A stretch of 64,000 nt of DNA, from NCBI GenBank assembly GCA_964515375.1, contig CAZERF010000004.1, positions 22,012 to 86,011 on the forward strand. The letters are read 5' to 3'. This DNA comes from an uncultured Candidatus Saccharibacteria bacterium. GTDB lineage: Bacteria; Patescibacteriota; Minisyncoccia; Phycocordibacterales; UBA6899. The notes below the pieces were generated by a model. It was not told where the DNA came from, did no database searches, and saw only the letters and a list, made by a program, of their open reading frames with translations. The translations under genes and the position numbers were made by a program. Shown in pieces: positions 1 to 9,222 of this stretch; position 1 is the stretch's first letter, and every line of letters starts with the position of its first letter.

Positions 1-150
1 ATGTTTCCCCACGATGTGGGATTGCGAAAGATGTCCCCATGCCACCTCGTTGGTGTTCGAGAGAAGATATTTCGGCACCTTCACTGACTGAAGTATGCCG
101 TAGATCTTCTCGTTCTCTTTGCCGAAGACACTCGTCCACATTGAGACGAA

Positions 151-441
151 ATGTTCGTACCTGACAATGTCCTTCCGTTCGAGTACACAGAGAAGTTCAT
201 GGAGAAATTCTTTCCCCGTCATGACCCCCCGTTCAAATTTTTGGAAGAGGTGGCTGTAGCTCTTGCCGTCTTCTTGCCCGCCGAAGAGCGCGCGTTCGAC
301 CTGTGCTTCGGTCGTCCCAGTCGCGTCGGCGAAGGCTTTCGTGAATCGGCGCATTTGGAAGGGAACGCAGACGTTTCCCATATCTACGAAGAGTGCCCTT
401 TTGGTGCGCATGATCGTGTGCTCCTTTGTGATCGTTGTTGA
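151..441 (+). CDS. hypothetical small Cys-containing protein (may be non-coding)
   Basis: Only open frame of 60 aa or more upstream of the large gene. No recognisable motif and no clear SD. Confidence 0.2.
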   Translation: MFVPDNVLPFEYTEKFMEKFFPRHDPPFKFLEEVAVALAVFLPAEERAFDLCFGRPSRVGEGFRESAHLEGNADVSHIYEECPFGAHDRVLLCDRC

Positions 442-581
442 GTGTACAGATACTCCTATAATTGAAGCACGTTTATATATTGCTGTCAATTTTCCGTCCT
501 GTTTCAATACCTTTGCGTCATCGATCACCTCTCGCTTCACTCCTCCGCCCGTATCCACTTAATACCGTGCAATGACCCACA

Positions 582-600
582 TACAAGGGCGGCCCTTGTA
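582..600. promoter_or_regulatory. palindrome TACAAGGGC-g-GCCCTTGTA, copy 1 of 2 (see 5329-5349)
   Basis: Perfect inverted repeat read directly. It lies ~50 bp upstream of the ATG at 653. The same sequence is found at 5329-5349. Confidence 0.4.
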
Positions 601-652
601 CAAAACTTTTTCTTGCCTTTTTGAAATGTTGCCCATAGTATGCAAGGCACCT

Positions 653-3600
653 ATGCAATACCACAAACTCCTTCTTGGCGCACTCTTGGGCCTTTTCCAG
701 TTTGCTTTCTTCCCCCTCCTCGCCTCCGCGGCTACTTCCATTTCCGGCACCCTTTTCTTCGACACCACATGGACTTCCTTCGGAAGCCCGTATGTTATCG
801 ACGGACAATTCATCATTCCCAAAGGGGTCACCCTCACGATCGAACCCGGTGTGGTCGTGAAGATGGGACAACCTTCTTGTAACTGTTATGCCAATATTTG
901 GGTTTTCGGGACGCTCCACGGGGGAGACCTTGCCGCGTCCGAACGGGTACTCTTCACTTCGATCCACGACGATACGGGAGGAGATACCGACGATGTCTCC
1001 GTCCCTCCGCAACCGGGAGACTGGCGTATGATCAACGTGGGTCCCGGAGGTGTGCTTGTCCTTCACGGTACCGACCTTCGCTATGGTGGTCGCGCCTCCA
1101 CTCCCGGCACATACTTCAACCCCGACAACGTCCGCATGGTGAACAATTCGAGCGGGACGGCCACGCTCCATGATGTCGAGATGTCCTTCGCGTTCGGAAG
1201 CGCCGCATATCGTGACCGATACATGGGCACCACTACGATTGTCGCATCACGATTCCATGACAATCCGATCGGGGTCGAGATTGGACTCGCGGGATCGACC
1301 ACGATCACCGATGCGACCTTTACGCACAACACGGTGGGAATCGTGATCCAAGGAGGAACGACGACGATCGCGCATACCACCTTTTCCGCGAATGGTACCG
1401 GGGTGCAGATGACCTCCCCCGGCGGATCGGTGACGATCCGAGACTCTTCGTTCTCCGAGCATGTGGGGTATGCGGTTTCCAATACGGTCATTGGTACGAT
1501 CGTTGACGCCTCCATGAACTGGTGGGGAAGCACGTCGGGCCCGCGTCATTCGAGCAATCCGACGGGAGTGGGCGACCTCGTCTCCGACCGTGTCCGCTTC
1601 GACTCATGGCTCGGGGAAGTGCCCGGAGCACGCTGTACGGTGAACTGTCATTCGAATGTGTTGTTCCTGCCGGGGATTGAAGCGAGTCGTCTTTATCGTC
1701 CTAGTTATGACGGAAACGGGGGAGAGGATCAGCTGTGGGAACCGAACACACCATCTGATGTGTCGGACCTCTATCTTGATATGTTTGGAAAAAGTCTTCG
1801 CAACGATATTTACACAAGGGATGTGATTGATGAAGCGAACGTCCTTCCTGTGCCGCGACCCAATCTTTACAAATCATTTCTCAAAGAGCTCGAAAAGTGG
1901 CGAGACGAAGAGAATATCATCGAGGATTTTGGAATTGCGCCATATGATTGGCGATTAAGTATGATGGACGTACTCTCCTCGGGGAATCAGGTTTCTGATG
2001 GGCGCATATACTATTCTGGAACATTCGAATCGACCGAAACACCGTTCATTATTCAAGAGTTGCATCGACTTGCTTCGACTTCTCGGACAGGGAAGGTGAC
2101 CATTGTCGCCCACTCAAATGGTGGGCTTGTTGCCAAGGCATTGGTCAATATCCTTGGTTCGGAAGCGGAGAACGTGGTCGACCGGATCATTCTTGTTGCT
2201 GTCCCTCAACTTGGTACACCTCAAGCCGCAGGTGCCCTGCTTCATGGTTATGAGCAAGGTCTCCCCAAAGACAGCATCCCTCTTTTTCTTGATCCGGCAA
2301 CTGCTCGTACGTTTGCGAGCACGTCTCCGATGGTCTACCACCTCCTTCCTTCGTCGGCATATTTCCGTTCAGATGGGGTGCGAACAGTTACGTCGGTCGT
2401 GCGGTTTCGCGGAGGCACCTCGACACAGGGTTTTGTCGATACATACGGTCAAGTAATCGGAAATCCCCTTGAGTTCAAGAGATTTTTAATGGGCGAAGAA
2501 GGTCGCTCCGCCCCACTTCTTGATGACGTGCGTTCACCAAGCGTTCTGTATGCGCATTTCCTTGAATACGCTGAAGAGTTGCACCAATTGCTTGATGAAG
2601 ATTGGTCTCCGTCGTCACCGATCCACATTCATCAAATTGCAGGCATTGGGAGAGAAACGCTCGCAGGGATTGAGTATTGGACGGGGAAGAAATGTGTCCG
2701 CATTGCTCCGCGTGGAGGAGCGTGCCTCAAATATGTTCCGCAGTTGGAGTACACCCCGTACAAGGTGCTCGACGGAGACGGAACTGTGATTATTTCGAGC
2801 GCGTTGGCTATGAGTACAAGCTCGCCGAATGTGTCGCGATGGTGGTTGGATTTGAAGGAGTATAACGAAGAGAATACCGACCGCAAGCACGCCGATATTC
2901 TCGAGGTCTCTCAGCTCCACCAGTTCATCAAGGGGACTATTTTGCTCGGAGGAAAGGGTGACCTCCCTGTGTACATTTCTGACATACCTCCGAATCTCCC
3001 AGAAGAACATCGACTCCTCTTTGTCTTGCATTCCCCACTTCATCTCAGAGTACATGACGCCGTGTCGGGTGAAGTGAGTGCAAGGGTGTCTTCGATACCT
3101 GGAGGGTATTTCGAGCGTATGGGTGAAGTCCAGTATATTTCTGTCCCCGCATCGAGCACCCCCACTCTTGTACTCGAAGGATACACGGAAGGATCTTTTT
3201 CCCTCGAAGTGAAAGAAATGCAAGGGGACACCCTTTTGGCCTCGACGACATTCATGGGAATTCCTTCGTATCAACAGACGAAGGTCACAATGGTGTTCCC
3301 CAGCGGTCGTATCGCTGATGCCTCATTGCTTTCAATTGATCTGGATGGAGATGGGGCTACCGACACAACGATTACTCCTGTTCCTGGCGGAGTGGTCACG
3401 GCACCTCTTGGGAAGATGCCCCTCACCCTCACCGCCGACACCCTCACGCTCACCCTCGGAAGCCCCATTCCTCCACTTTCCGGAACCTTCTTTGGGTTCA
3501 TTGGAGAGGACACCACAGCAACACATACGACCGGCTCTCCGGAGTGTGTGACGACCGCAACCGCCCAGAGTCCTGCGGGAGTTTATCCGATCACCTGTAC

Positions 3601-4024
3601 GATCGGTACCTTTGCTTCCGATGCGTATGAGATCACTACGTTCATTCCCGGTACACTCACGATCCGTTACGCATGGTCCGGTTTCGCTCCACCGCTCAGC
3701 ATCACTCCCACACCCCGCATCTTTAAGCACGGAAGCACGATTCCGCTCACCTTCACGCTCAAGGATGGAGAGGGTCACCCCGTGGAAGCACCGACCCCGC
3801 CACAGCTCCTTCCTCCGGAGCAGGGGAGTCTTCTCCGTGAACCTCTCTCGACGCTTCCCACCACCGACAACCTCCCCGATGGCTCTTTGTTCCGTTTTGA
3901 CCCTCAGGAACAACACTACCGATACAACTTAAGTACCAAGGGTCTCACACCTGGGTATTGGTACACACTCCGAGTGGTACTTGATGATGGGGAGGTCTAT
4001 GAGACAGTCGTGGGGATACGGTAA
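653..4024 (+). CDS. large secreted multidomain protein: parallel beta-helix (PbH1-like) repeats, alpha/beta-hydrolase (lipase-like GxSxG, 'AHSNGG'), MBG-like segment, C-terminal beta-sandwich domain
   Basis: Long ORF, with the frame open from 572. The signal-peptide-like N-terminus MQYHKLLLGALLGLFQFAFFPLLASAA starts at 653; 626 or 572 are alternatives. Gly/Thr/Asn-rich repeats with IxxGxT-type periodicity are typical of beta-helix folds. 'VTIVAHSNGGLVA' is a nucleophile-elbow motif. 'GVYPITCTIGTFASDAYEITTFIPGTLTI' resembles MBG domains. Confidence 0.75.
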   Translation: MQYHKLLLGALLGLFQFAFFPLLASAATSISGTLFFDTTWTSFGSPYVIDGQFIIPKGVTLTIEPGVVVKMGQPSCNCYANIWVFGTLHGGDLAASERVLFTSIHDDTGGDTDDVSVPPQPGDWRMINVGPGGVLVLHGTDLRYGGRASTPGTYFNPDNVRMVNNSSGTATLHDVEMSFAFGSAAYRDRYMGTTTIVASRFHDNPIGVEIGLAGSTTITDATFTHNTVGIVIQGGTTTIAHTTFSANGTGVQMTSPGGSVTIRDSSFSEHVGYAVSNTVIGTIVDASMNWWGSTSGPRHSSNPTGVGDLVSDRVRFDSWLGEVPGARCTVNCHSNVLFLPGIEASRLYRPSYDGNGGEDQLWEPNTPSDVSDLYLDMFGKSLRNDIYTRDVIDEANVLPVPRPNLYKSFLKELEKWRDEENIIEDFGIAPYDWRLSMMDVLSSGNQVSDGRIYYSGTFESTETPFIIQELHRLASTSRTGKVTIVAHSNGGLVAKALVNILGSEAENVVDRIILVAVPQLGTPQAAGALLHGYEQGLPKDSIPLFLDPATARTFASTSPMVYHLLPSSAYFRSDGVRTVTSVVRFRGGTSTQGFVDTYGQVIGNPLEFKRFLMGEEGRSAPLLDDVRSPSVLYAHFLEYAEELHQLLDEDWSPSSPIHIHQIAGIGRETLAGIEYWTGKKCVRIAPRGGACLKYVPQLEYTPYKVLDGDGTVIISSALAMSTSSPNVSRWWLDLKEYNEENTDRKHADILEVSQLHQFIKGTILLGGKGDLPVYISDIPPNLPEEHRLLFVLHSPLHLRVHDAVSGEVSARVSSIPGGYFERMGEVQYISVPASSTPTLVLEGYTEGSFSLEVKEMQGDTLLASTTFMGIPSYQQTKVTMVFPSGRIADASLLSIDLDGDGATDTTITPVPGGVVTAPLGKMPLTLTADTLTLTLGSPIPPLSGTFFGFIGEDTTATHTTGSPECVTTATAQSPAGVYPITCTIGTFASDAYEITTFIPGTLTIRYAWSGFAPPLSITPTPRIFKHGSTIPLTFTLKDGEGHPVEAPTPPQLLPPEQGSLLREPLSTLPTTDNLPDGSLFRFDPQEQHYRYNLSTKGLTPGYWYTLRVVLDDGEVYETVVGIR
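3715..4019 (+). repeat. direct repeat copy A (305 bp), C-terminal domain coding sequence
   Basis: Identical to 4505-4809 except for one mismatch (acgatt vs actatt). The flanks are unrelated. Confidence 0.9.
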
Positions 4025-4055
4025 TAAAAAGAAGAAGATGATATGATGTGTTGAT

Positions 4056-4487
4056 ATGCATAAAGTTGTAACAAAAAAAAATGTACTCATAATCAGTCTG
4101 ATGGGAACTACTCTTGTTTCTTCTCAGTTTTTTTTTGATTCCGATAGTTGTGGAAGTAGTAGTTTTTGTCACGCGATTGGAGGAATACTGAATCAAGAGA
4201 ACATGCTGGTCTTTTCGATTGCGCCATTATTGTTTTTTCTCTCCCTCCTCACCTACCGTCTCCCTCGAACCGTCTTCGGGCACTGGATGGGTTTCGCGAT
4301 CTGGTCCACACCCCTCCTTATGCTCCTCACCTTCCTCATCAATAAAGGAGGACAGAACGGGCTCGGTATGTCCGGCATCATGGGTGGGGCGTTCGACACG
4401 CTTCTCCTTGGACTCTTGTATGGTGCATATATCTTTATCTCCCTCTTCCGTATCGTGAAGGCATGGCGCGCGGAGAGGAGAGGGTGA
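4056..4487 (+). CDS. small multi-pass membrane protein (paralogue of 4859-5269)
   Basis: N-terminal hydrophobic segment, a Cys pair (CGSSSFC), three predicted TM helices and shared motifs with the downstream paralogue (LLSLLTYRLPRTVFGHW vs ILSLVTYRMHETIFRAW). Confidence 0.55.
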   Translation: MHKVVTKKNVLIISLMGTTLVSSQFFFDSDSCGSSSFCHAIGGILNQENMLVFSIAPLLFFLSLLTYRLPRTVFGHWMGFAIWSTPLLMLLTFLINKGGQNGLGMSGIMGGAFDTLLLGLLYGAYIFISLFRIVKAWRAERRG

Positions 4488-4831
4488 TCGCACGCCACGG
4501 TGCTCCTCGTGGGGGCACACCCCGCATCTTTAAGCACGGAAGCACTATTCCGCTCACCTTCACGCTCAAGGATGGAGAGGGTCACCCCGTGGAAGCACCG
4601 ACCCCGCCACAGCTCCTTCCTCCGGAGCAGGGGAGTCTTCTCCGTGAACCTCTCTCGACGCTTCCCACCACCGACAACCTCCCCGATGGCTCTTTGTTCC
4701 GTTTTGACCCTCAGGAACAACACTACCGATACAACTTAAGTACCAAGGGTCTCACACCTGGGTATTGGTACACACTCCGAGTGGTACTTGATGATGGGGA
4801 GGTCTATGAGACAGTCGTGGGGATACGATAG
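4463..4831 (+). pseudogene. orphan copy of the C-terminal beta-sandwich domain of the large protein (stand-alone ORF or gene fragment/cassette)
   Basis: The 122-aa ORF has its last ~105 aa identical to residues ~1048-1150 of the 653-4024 protein. The 15-aa N-terminal lead is unique, has no convincing SD and overlaps the end of the upstream gene. Confidence 0.35.
4505..4809 (+). repeat. direct repeat copy B (305 bp)
   Basis: See 3715-4019. Confidence 0.9.
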
Positions 4832-4858
4832 AAAGGGGTGGTGTGAAGAAGTGATATA

Positions 4859-5269
4859 ATGAAACACATGAATACGATGATGACGAAAAGGAGTGTGTTA
4901 TTTATTTCCTCAATCTATGTCATTTGCATTATTGGGGTGCTTGTTTTAAGTAAGTGTTATGGAGACAGATGGTGTCCGTTAAATATAAATCATCTCGACA
5001 AGGTGCCCGTGCTGATTCTCCTCCCTCTCCTCCCGGCATTCATCCTCTCTCTTGTGACCTATCGTATGCACGAAACAATATTTCGCGCATGGGTCACCTT
5101 CGCGCAGTGGTGGGTCCCACTCTCGGCATTGGCGGTGTTCCTTACGCCGAATGCACGCGGTTTCATTATTATCCCGTACCAGTCGATCCTTGCTGTGACG
5201 AGCGCCCTTCTCTTTTTGGTTATCTCACTCGGTATTATTGTGTGGAAATGGAGAGCACTCAAGAAGTGA
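4859..5269 (+). CDS. small multi-pass membrane protein (paralogue of 4056-4487)
   Basis: Same architecture: TM anchor, Cys pair (CYGDRWC) and three TM helices. Confidence 0.55.
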   Translation: MKHMNTMMTKRSVLFISSIYVICIIGVLVLSKCYGDRWCPLNINHLDKVPVLILLPLLPAFILSLVTYRMHETIFRAWVTFAQWWVPLSALAVFLTPNARGFIIIPYQSILAVTSALLFLVISLGIIVWKWRALKK

Positions 5270-5328
5270 CGCTCTGTGGAGATTGCAATGCAGTAAGGGG
5301 GATATGAGGGTGCGAAGCGGATATTCGC

Positions 5329-5349
5329 GTACAAGGGCGGCCCTTGTAC
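5329..5349. promoter_or_regulatory. palindrome GTACAAGGGC-g-GCCCTTGTAC, copy 2 of 2
   Basis: Perfect 10-1-10 inverted repeat, 62 bp upstream of the ATG at 5411. Confidence 0.4.
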
Positions 5350-5410
5350 TAGAAACACAAGAACTTCCGGCATGCTACTCGAACCGTAGCGTGAGTGTTA
5401 CAATTTGTGC

Positions 5411-6530
5411 TATGAAGATTGTGATCGCGACTCCACTTTATCCACCCGATGTGGGCGGTCCTGCAACATACGCGAAGGCGCTCGAGGACGCGCTTCCCTC
5501 TCATGGAGTTGAAGTCGTTCTTGTCTCCTTTCATGCGGTACGACATCTGCCGAAGGGTATTGCGCATCTCGTGTATGCTTTCAAATTATTTCGCGCGTCA
5601 CGCGGGTGCGACGCGATTCTCGCGCTTGACCCTGCGTCGGTCGGACTTCCCGCGGCGATCATCGCACGTCTCACTCGGACCCCTTTTGTTGTGAAGATCG
5701 TCGGTGATTATGCATGGGAGCAGGGGAGACAACGTTTCGGTGTCGCGCAAGGTCTTGATGAATTTGTCGCGACGGACGCGACACACTTTGCTCGTCCTGT
5801 CCGGATCCTTCGCACGGTGCAAACCTTCGTCGCAAGAAGCGCGCGCCAGATCATTGTTCCGAGCGAATACCTGAAGCGCATTGTTTTGGCGTGGGGGATA
5901 TCGAGCGGAGTGATCACTGTCGTCTACAACACCTATAATGGTGTCGGCCCATTGCCGTCTCGCGACATGCTCCGCGAAGCGCTGGGACTCTCGGGGACGA
6001 TCATCCTCTCGGCGGGACGATTGGTCCCGTGGAAAGGTTTTGGCACGCTCATCGGACTCATGAGGGAGGTGCGACAAACGATTCCCGACGCGCAACTGAT
6101 CATCGCCGGTGGTGGTCCGCTCGAAGGGGAACTTCGCGCGCAGGTTGTGAAAGAGGGCGCAGAGGAGTTTGTGACGCTTCTTGGCAATATTCCACATGAT
6201 GATCTGTTGCGCTATGTTGGTGCCGCAGATCTCTTTGTGCTGAATACGGGGTACGAAGGCCTCTCACACCAGCTGCTCGAAGTCTTGGCGATCGGGACTC
6301 CGATCGTGACCACGAACGTGGGAGGAAATCCGGAGCTGATCGAGGATGGCGTGACGGGACTCCTTGTGCCCTATGATGACAACAACCGCTTGTATACCGC
6401 GATCACGACGCTTCTTCTCGACAAGGAGCTGGGTCACCGGTGCACAGAAAACGGAAAACAATTCGTTGCGCAGTTCTCAAAAGAACGTATGATAAGTGGA
6501 ACATTATCGACTCTACGACACCTTTCATGA
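5411..6530 (+). CDS. glycosyltransferase family 4 (GT-B)
   Basis: Start MKIVIATPLYPPDVGGPATYAK. C-terminal EX7E-type region 'EGLSHQLLEVLAIGTPIVTTNVGGNPELIEDGVTGLLVP'. Confidence 0.8.
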
Positions 6531-7633
6531 ACATCCTTTCCCTTGGACTTGATCGTAAGCTGGCGGATCCTCAGTCGGTGGGCGCGTGGCGTCAGGTCGC
6601 CTACTATCGCGGACACCAAGCGAAAGTCTATATCCTCGAAACCGGCACTCCTGCGCATCTGTGGATCGAGAATGTGGAGACGGTCATTCCCGGCGGCGCA
6701 AATAAGATAGTGGTTGGGTTTCGCACACTTGCGCGGCTGCTTTTTTCAGACACGAAATTCGATCTTGTGATCGCGCAGGATGTGCTCGTCATCGGGCTCT
6801 TGGGCTACCTCATTGCGCGCCGACATGGTGCGCGACTGGTGACACAAGTACACGGCGATTATCTCGACAATCCGCGCTGGCTTTCCGAACGCAAGGGAAA
6901 CTACGTACGCAATGCGATAGGGAAGTTCGTCCTCAAGCACTCCGATGGTATCCGTTGTGTGAGCAAGAAGATCGTCGATGATCTCCATGAGCGATTGCAT
7001 GTTCCGAGTGAGAAGTTACTTTCCGCTCCGATTGGGACCGATCTTTCCATGTTCACCCCCGAGGGTGAGCATGCCGATGTCGGCGGACCTTTTGTGCTCT
7101 TTGTTGGACGATTACTTCCGGAAAAATCTCCATTTCTCTATTGCGATGTAATGATTGAACTCATGCGTGAACATGTGACACTCCGTGCGGTCTTCGCCGG
7201 AGACGGACCCCTGCGCGAGGAACTGGAGAAGCGTTTTGTTGATGCGGGGTTTGGTGCTCGCGTACATTTTCTTGGGCATATCGGAGGCGCGGAGCTTGCG
7301 AAGTATTACCGTTCGGCGCGTGTCATGCTCCACACCGCGGGGTGGGAAGGGTGGGGGATGCCCATGGTGGAGTCCCTTGCTTGTGGATGCCCCGTGGTGA
7401 CCACCGACACAGGGTGCGCGGGAGAAGCGGTTCTTCACGACGTGAACGGACTCATTGTGCCCATTGATGACGTGGAAGGGATGTCTCGCGAAACAAAACG
7501 GATTTTGGAGGATGATACGCTCCACGCACGACTCTCTGTGGCGGGTCCGACTGAGGCCGCAAAGTGGTCGTTTGATGCACTTTCTGCTCGGATCAGGAGT
7601 TGGTATGAGACCATTGCCGCGAAAGAGAAGTAA
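6527..7633 (+). CDS. glycosyltransferase family 4
   Basis: 'EGWGMPMVESLACGCPVVTTDTGCAGEAVLHDVNGLIVP'. Start MNILSLGLDRK overlaps the upstream stop by 4 nt. Confidence 0.8.
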   Translation: MNILSLGLDRKLADPQSVGAWRQVAYYRGHQAKVYILETGTPAHLWIENVETVIPGGANKIVVGFRTLARLLFSDTKFDLVIAQDVLVIGLLGYLIARRHGARLVTQVHGDYLDNPRWLSERKGNYVRNAIGKFVLKHSDGIRCVSKKIVDDLHERLHVPSEKLLSAPIGTDLSMFTPEGEHADVGGPFVLFVGRLLPEKSPFLYCDVMIELMREHVTLRAVFAGDGPLREELEKRFVDAGFGARVHFLGHIGGAELAKYYRSARVMLHTAGWEGWGMPMVESLACGCPVVTTDTGCAGEAVLHDVNGLIVPIDDVEGMSRETKRILEDDTLHARLSVAGPTEAAKWSFDALSARIRSWYETIAAKEK

Positions 7634-7644
7634 TAGATAGTGAA

Positions 7645-8604
7645 ATGAAAAACGAGGACTCGCAACAATGGAATGTTTTGGTGACTGCGGCGGGAGGGCC
7701 GGCGGGAGTGAACGCTTTGCGCCTTCTTCGTGCACACCCGGAATTACGTCTTTTTGGCGTGGATATTGACCCCGAATCTTTAGGGAGAGAGATCGCACAT
7801 GAATTCGCGGTGGTGGCTCCATTTGTTGAGCGTGAACGCTATCGTGAGGACCTTCGACGCATGGTCACTGAATGGAAGATCCATGTCGTCATCCCGACGC
7901 TTGCGGATGAACTCCACGAGATCGAGGAGGCACTCGCGGGGCTTTCGGTGCACGTCTTGGTATCACCCCGCGAGACTGCGCGTATCTGTTCCGATAAGCG
8001 ACTGCTGTATACGTGGATGGAGGAGTATCTTCCTGAATATACCGCGCAGTGGCAGACGCTTGATCATCCGCTTGCGTGGGACGCTCCGGAGTATTTTGTG
8101 AAGCCCGCGGTCGGTCGCGGCGCGCGCGGGTGCCGACTCGTAAAAAAGGAAGATCTCCCGGCGCTTATCGCGGATCTTGAGCATCCCGAAGAATGGGTAG
8201 CGATGGATGTCCTTCCCGGAAAGGAGTGGACGGTTGATGCGTATGTTGCCCGCGACGGAGAGCCTGTCTTCATCGTGCCTCGCGAGCGGATGGAGGTGGT
8301 GGGGGGTATTTCGCGTCGCGGTCGCACGGAGCGTCATGCGCAGGTGATCGCGCAGACACGTGCGGTTCTCGATGTGCTTTCTTTTGTCGGCCCTGTTTGC
8401 GTGCAATGGAAGGAGGATGGTATGGGTGGGGTGAAATTGGTGGAGATCAACGCACGACTCTCCGGCGGGCTCATGATCACGGTCGCCGCAGGTGCAGATC
8501 CGATGAAGATATTTGCCGATGAATTGCTCGGGCGCCCGTTGGTGCCGCCGGAATGGCAGGAGGGAGAATTCACGGGGTTTACCGATTTTACCAGAGCAAG
8601 GTAA
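7645..8604 (+). CDS. ATP-grasp domain protein
   Basis: N-terminal Rossmann-like 'VLVTAAGGPAGVNALR'. The C-terminus has the ATP-grasp pattern '...VEINARLSGG'. Confidence 0.7.
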   Translation: MKNEDSQQWNVLVTAAGGPAGVNALRLLRAHPELRLFGVDIDPESLGREIAHEFAVVAPFVERERYREDLRRMVTEWKIHVVIPTLADELHEIEEALAGLSVHVLVSPRETARICSDKRLLYTWMEEYLPEYTAQWQTLDHPLAWDAPEYFVKPAVGRGARGCRLVKKEDLPALIADLEHPEEWVAMDVLPGKEWTVDAYVARDGEPVFIVPRERMEVVGGISRRGRTERHAQVIAQTRAVLDVLSFVGPVCVQWKEDGMGGVKLVEINARLSGGLMITVAAGADPMKIFADELLGRPLVPPEWQEGEFTGFTDFTRAR

Positions 8605-8610
8605 TATGAA

Positions 8611-9219
8611 TTGCATATGAATGTCATTGCATTCGGGGCACATCCTGACGATATCGAGATCGGAGCCGGAGGCACACTTGCTCGGCATGTGGCGGAAGGT
8701 GATAGGGTTATGATGGTTGTGTTGACGGGCGGAGAGCGCGGCGGAGCGGACACGACGACTCGCGTACAAGAACTCAAGGATTCCGCCAAGATATTAGGTG
8801 TGCAGGAGGTGGTCTGTCTTGATTTTCCCGATACGGATATTCCCGAGTCACCGGCTGTTGTTGATCAGCTCGATGCCCTTGTTGCAAAGTGGAAACCGAA
8901 GCGCGCATATATTCCTTTTACGCGCGAGATCCACCAGGATCATCGGCGGACATCCGAGCAAGCGCTTGTCGCTTGTCGGAATATGCCCCAGATATTGATG
9001 TATGAAGGTCCGAGCACGTTCCCCGATTTTGAGGTGAACTACTGGGTTGATATTACAACTACGATCGACAAGAAGAGTGTGGCGATCGCCGCATACGGAA
9101 GTCAAGGTGAGAAAGAGATATTAAAGATCGACGCGATCCGTAGTCTCAATCGCTTCCGCGGTTTCCAGGCGCGCGGAACGTATGCCGAAGGTTTTCATGT
9201 TTTTCGTTTCATCGAGTGA
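8611..9219 (+). CDS. PIG-L/LmbE family N-acetylglucosaminyl deacetylase
   Basis: 'NVIAFGAHPDDIEIGAGGTLA' is the family signature (AHPDDE-like), followed by conserved His/Asp positions. Confidence 0.8.
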   Translation: MHMNVIAFGAHPDDIEIGAGGTLARHVAEGDRVMMVVLTGGERGGADTTTRVQELKDSAKILGVQEVVCLDFPDTDIPESPAVVDQLDALVAKWKPKRAYIPFTREIHQDHRRTSEQALVACRNMPQILMYEGPSTFPDFEVNYWVDITTTIDKKSVAIAAYGSQGEKEILKIDAIRSLNRFRGFQARGTYAEGFHVFRFIE

Positions 9220-9222
9220 CCG

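Noticed and set aside
518-1171. 217-aa minus-strand ORF, and several other long antisense ORFs inside large genes (for example 2615-3274, 3332-3916, 15254-16237, 17821-18930, 28589-29947, 33019-34701, 43479-44294)
   Set aside because: They lie antisense to well-supported, motif-bearing genes in a GC-rich genome, where long spurious open frames are expected. They are Arg/Pro/Gly-rich, low-complexity and have no motifs.
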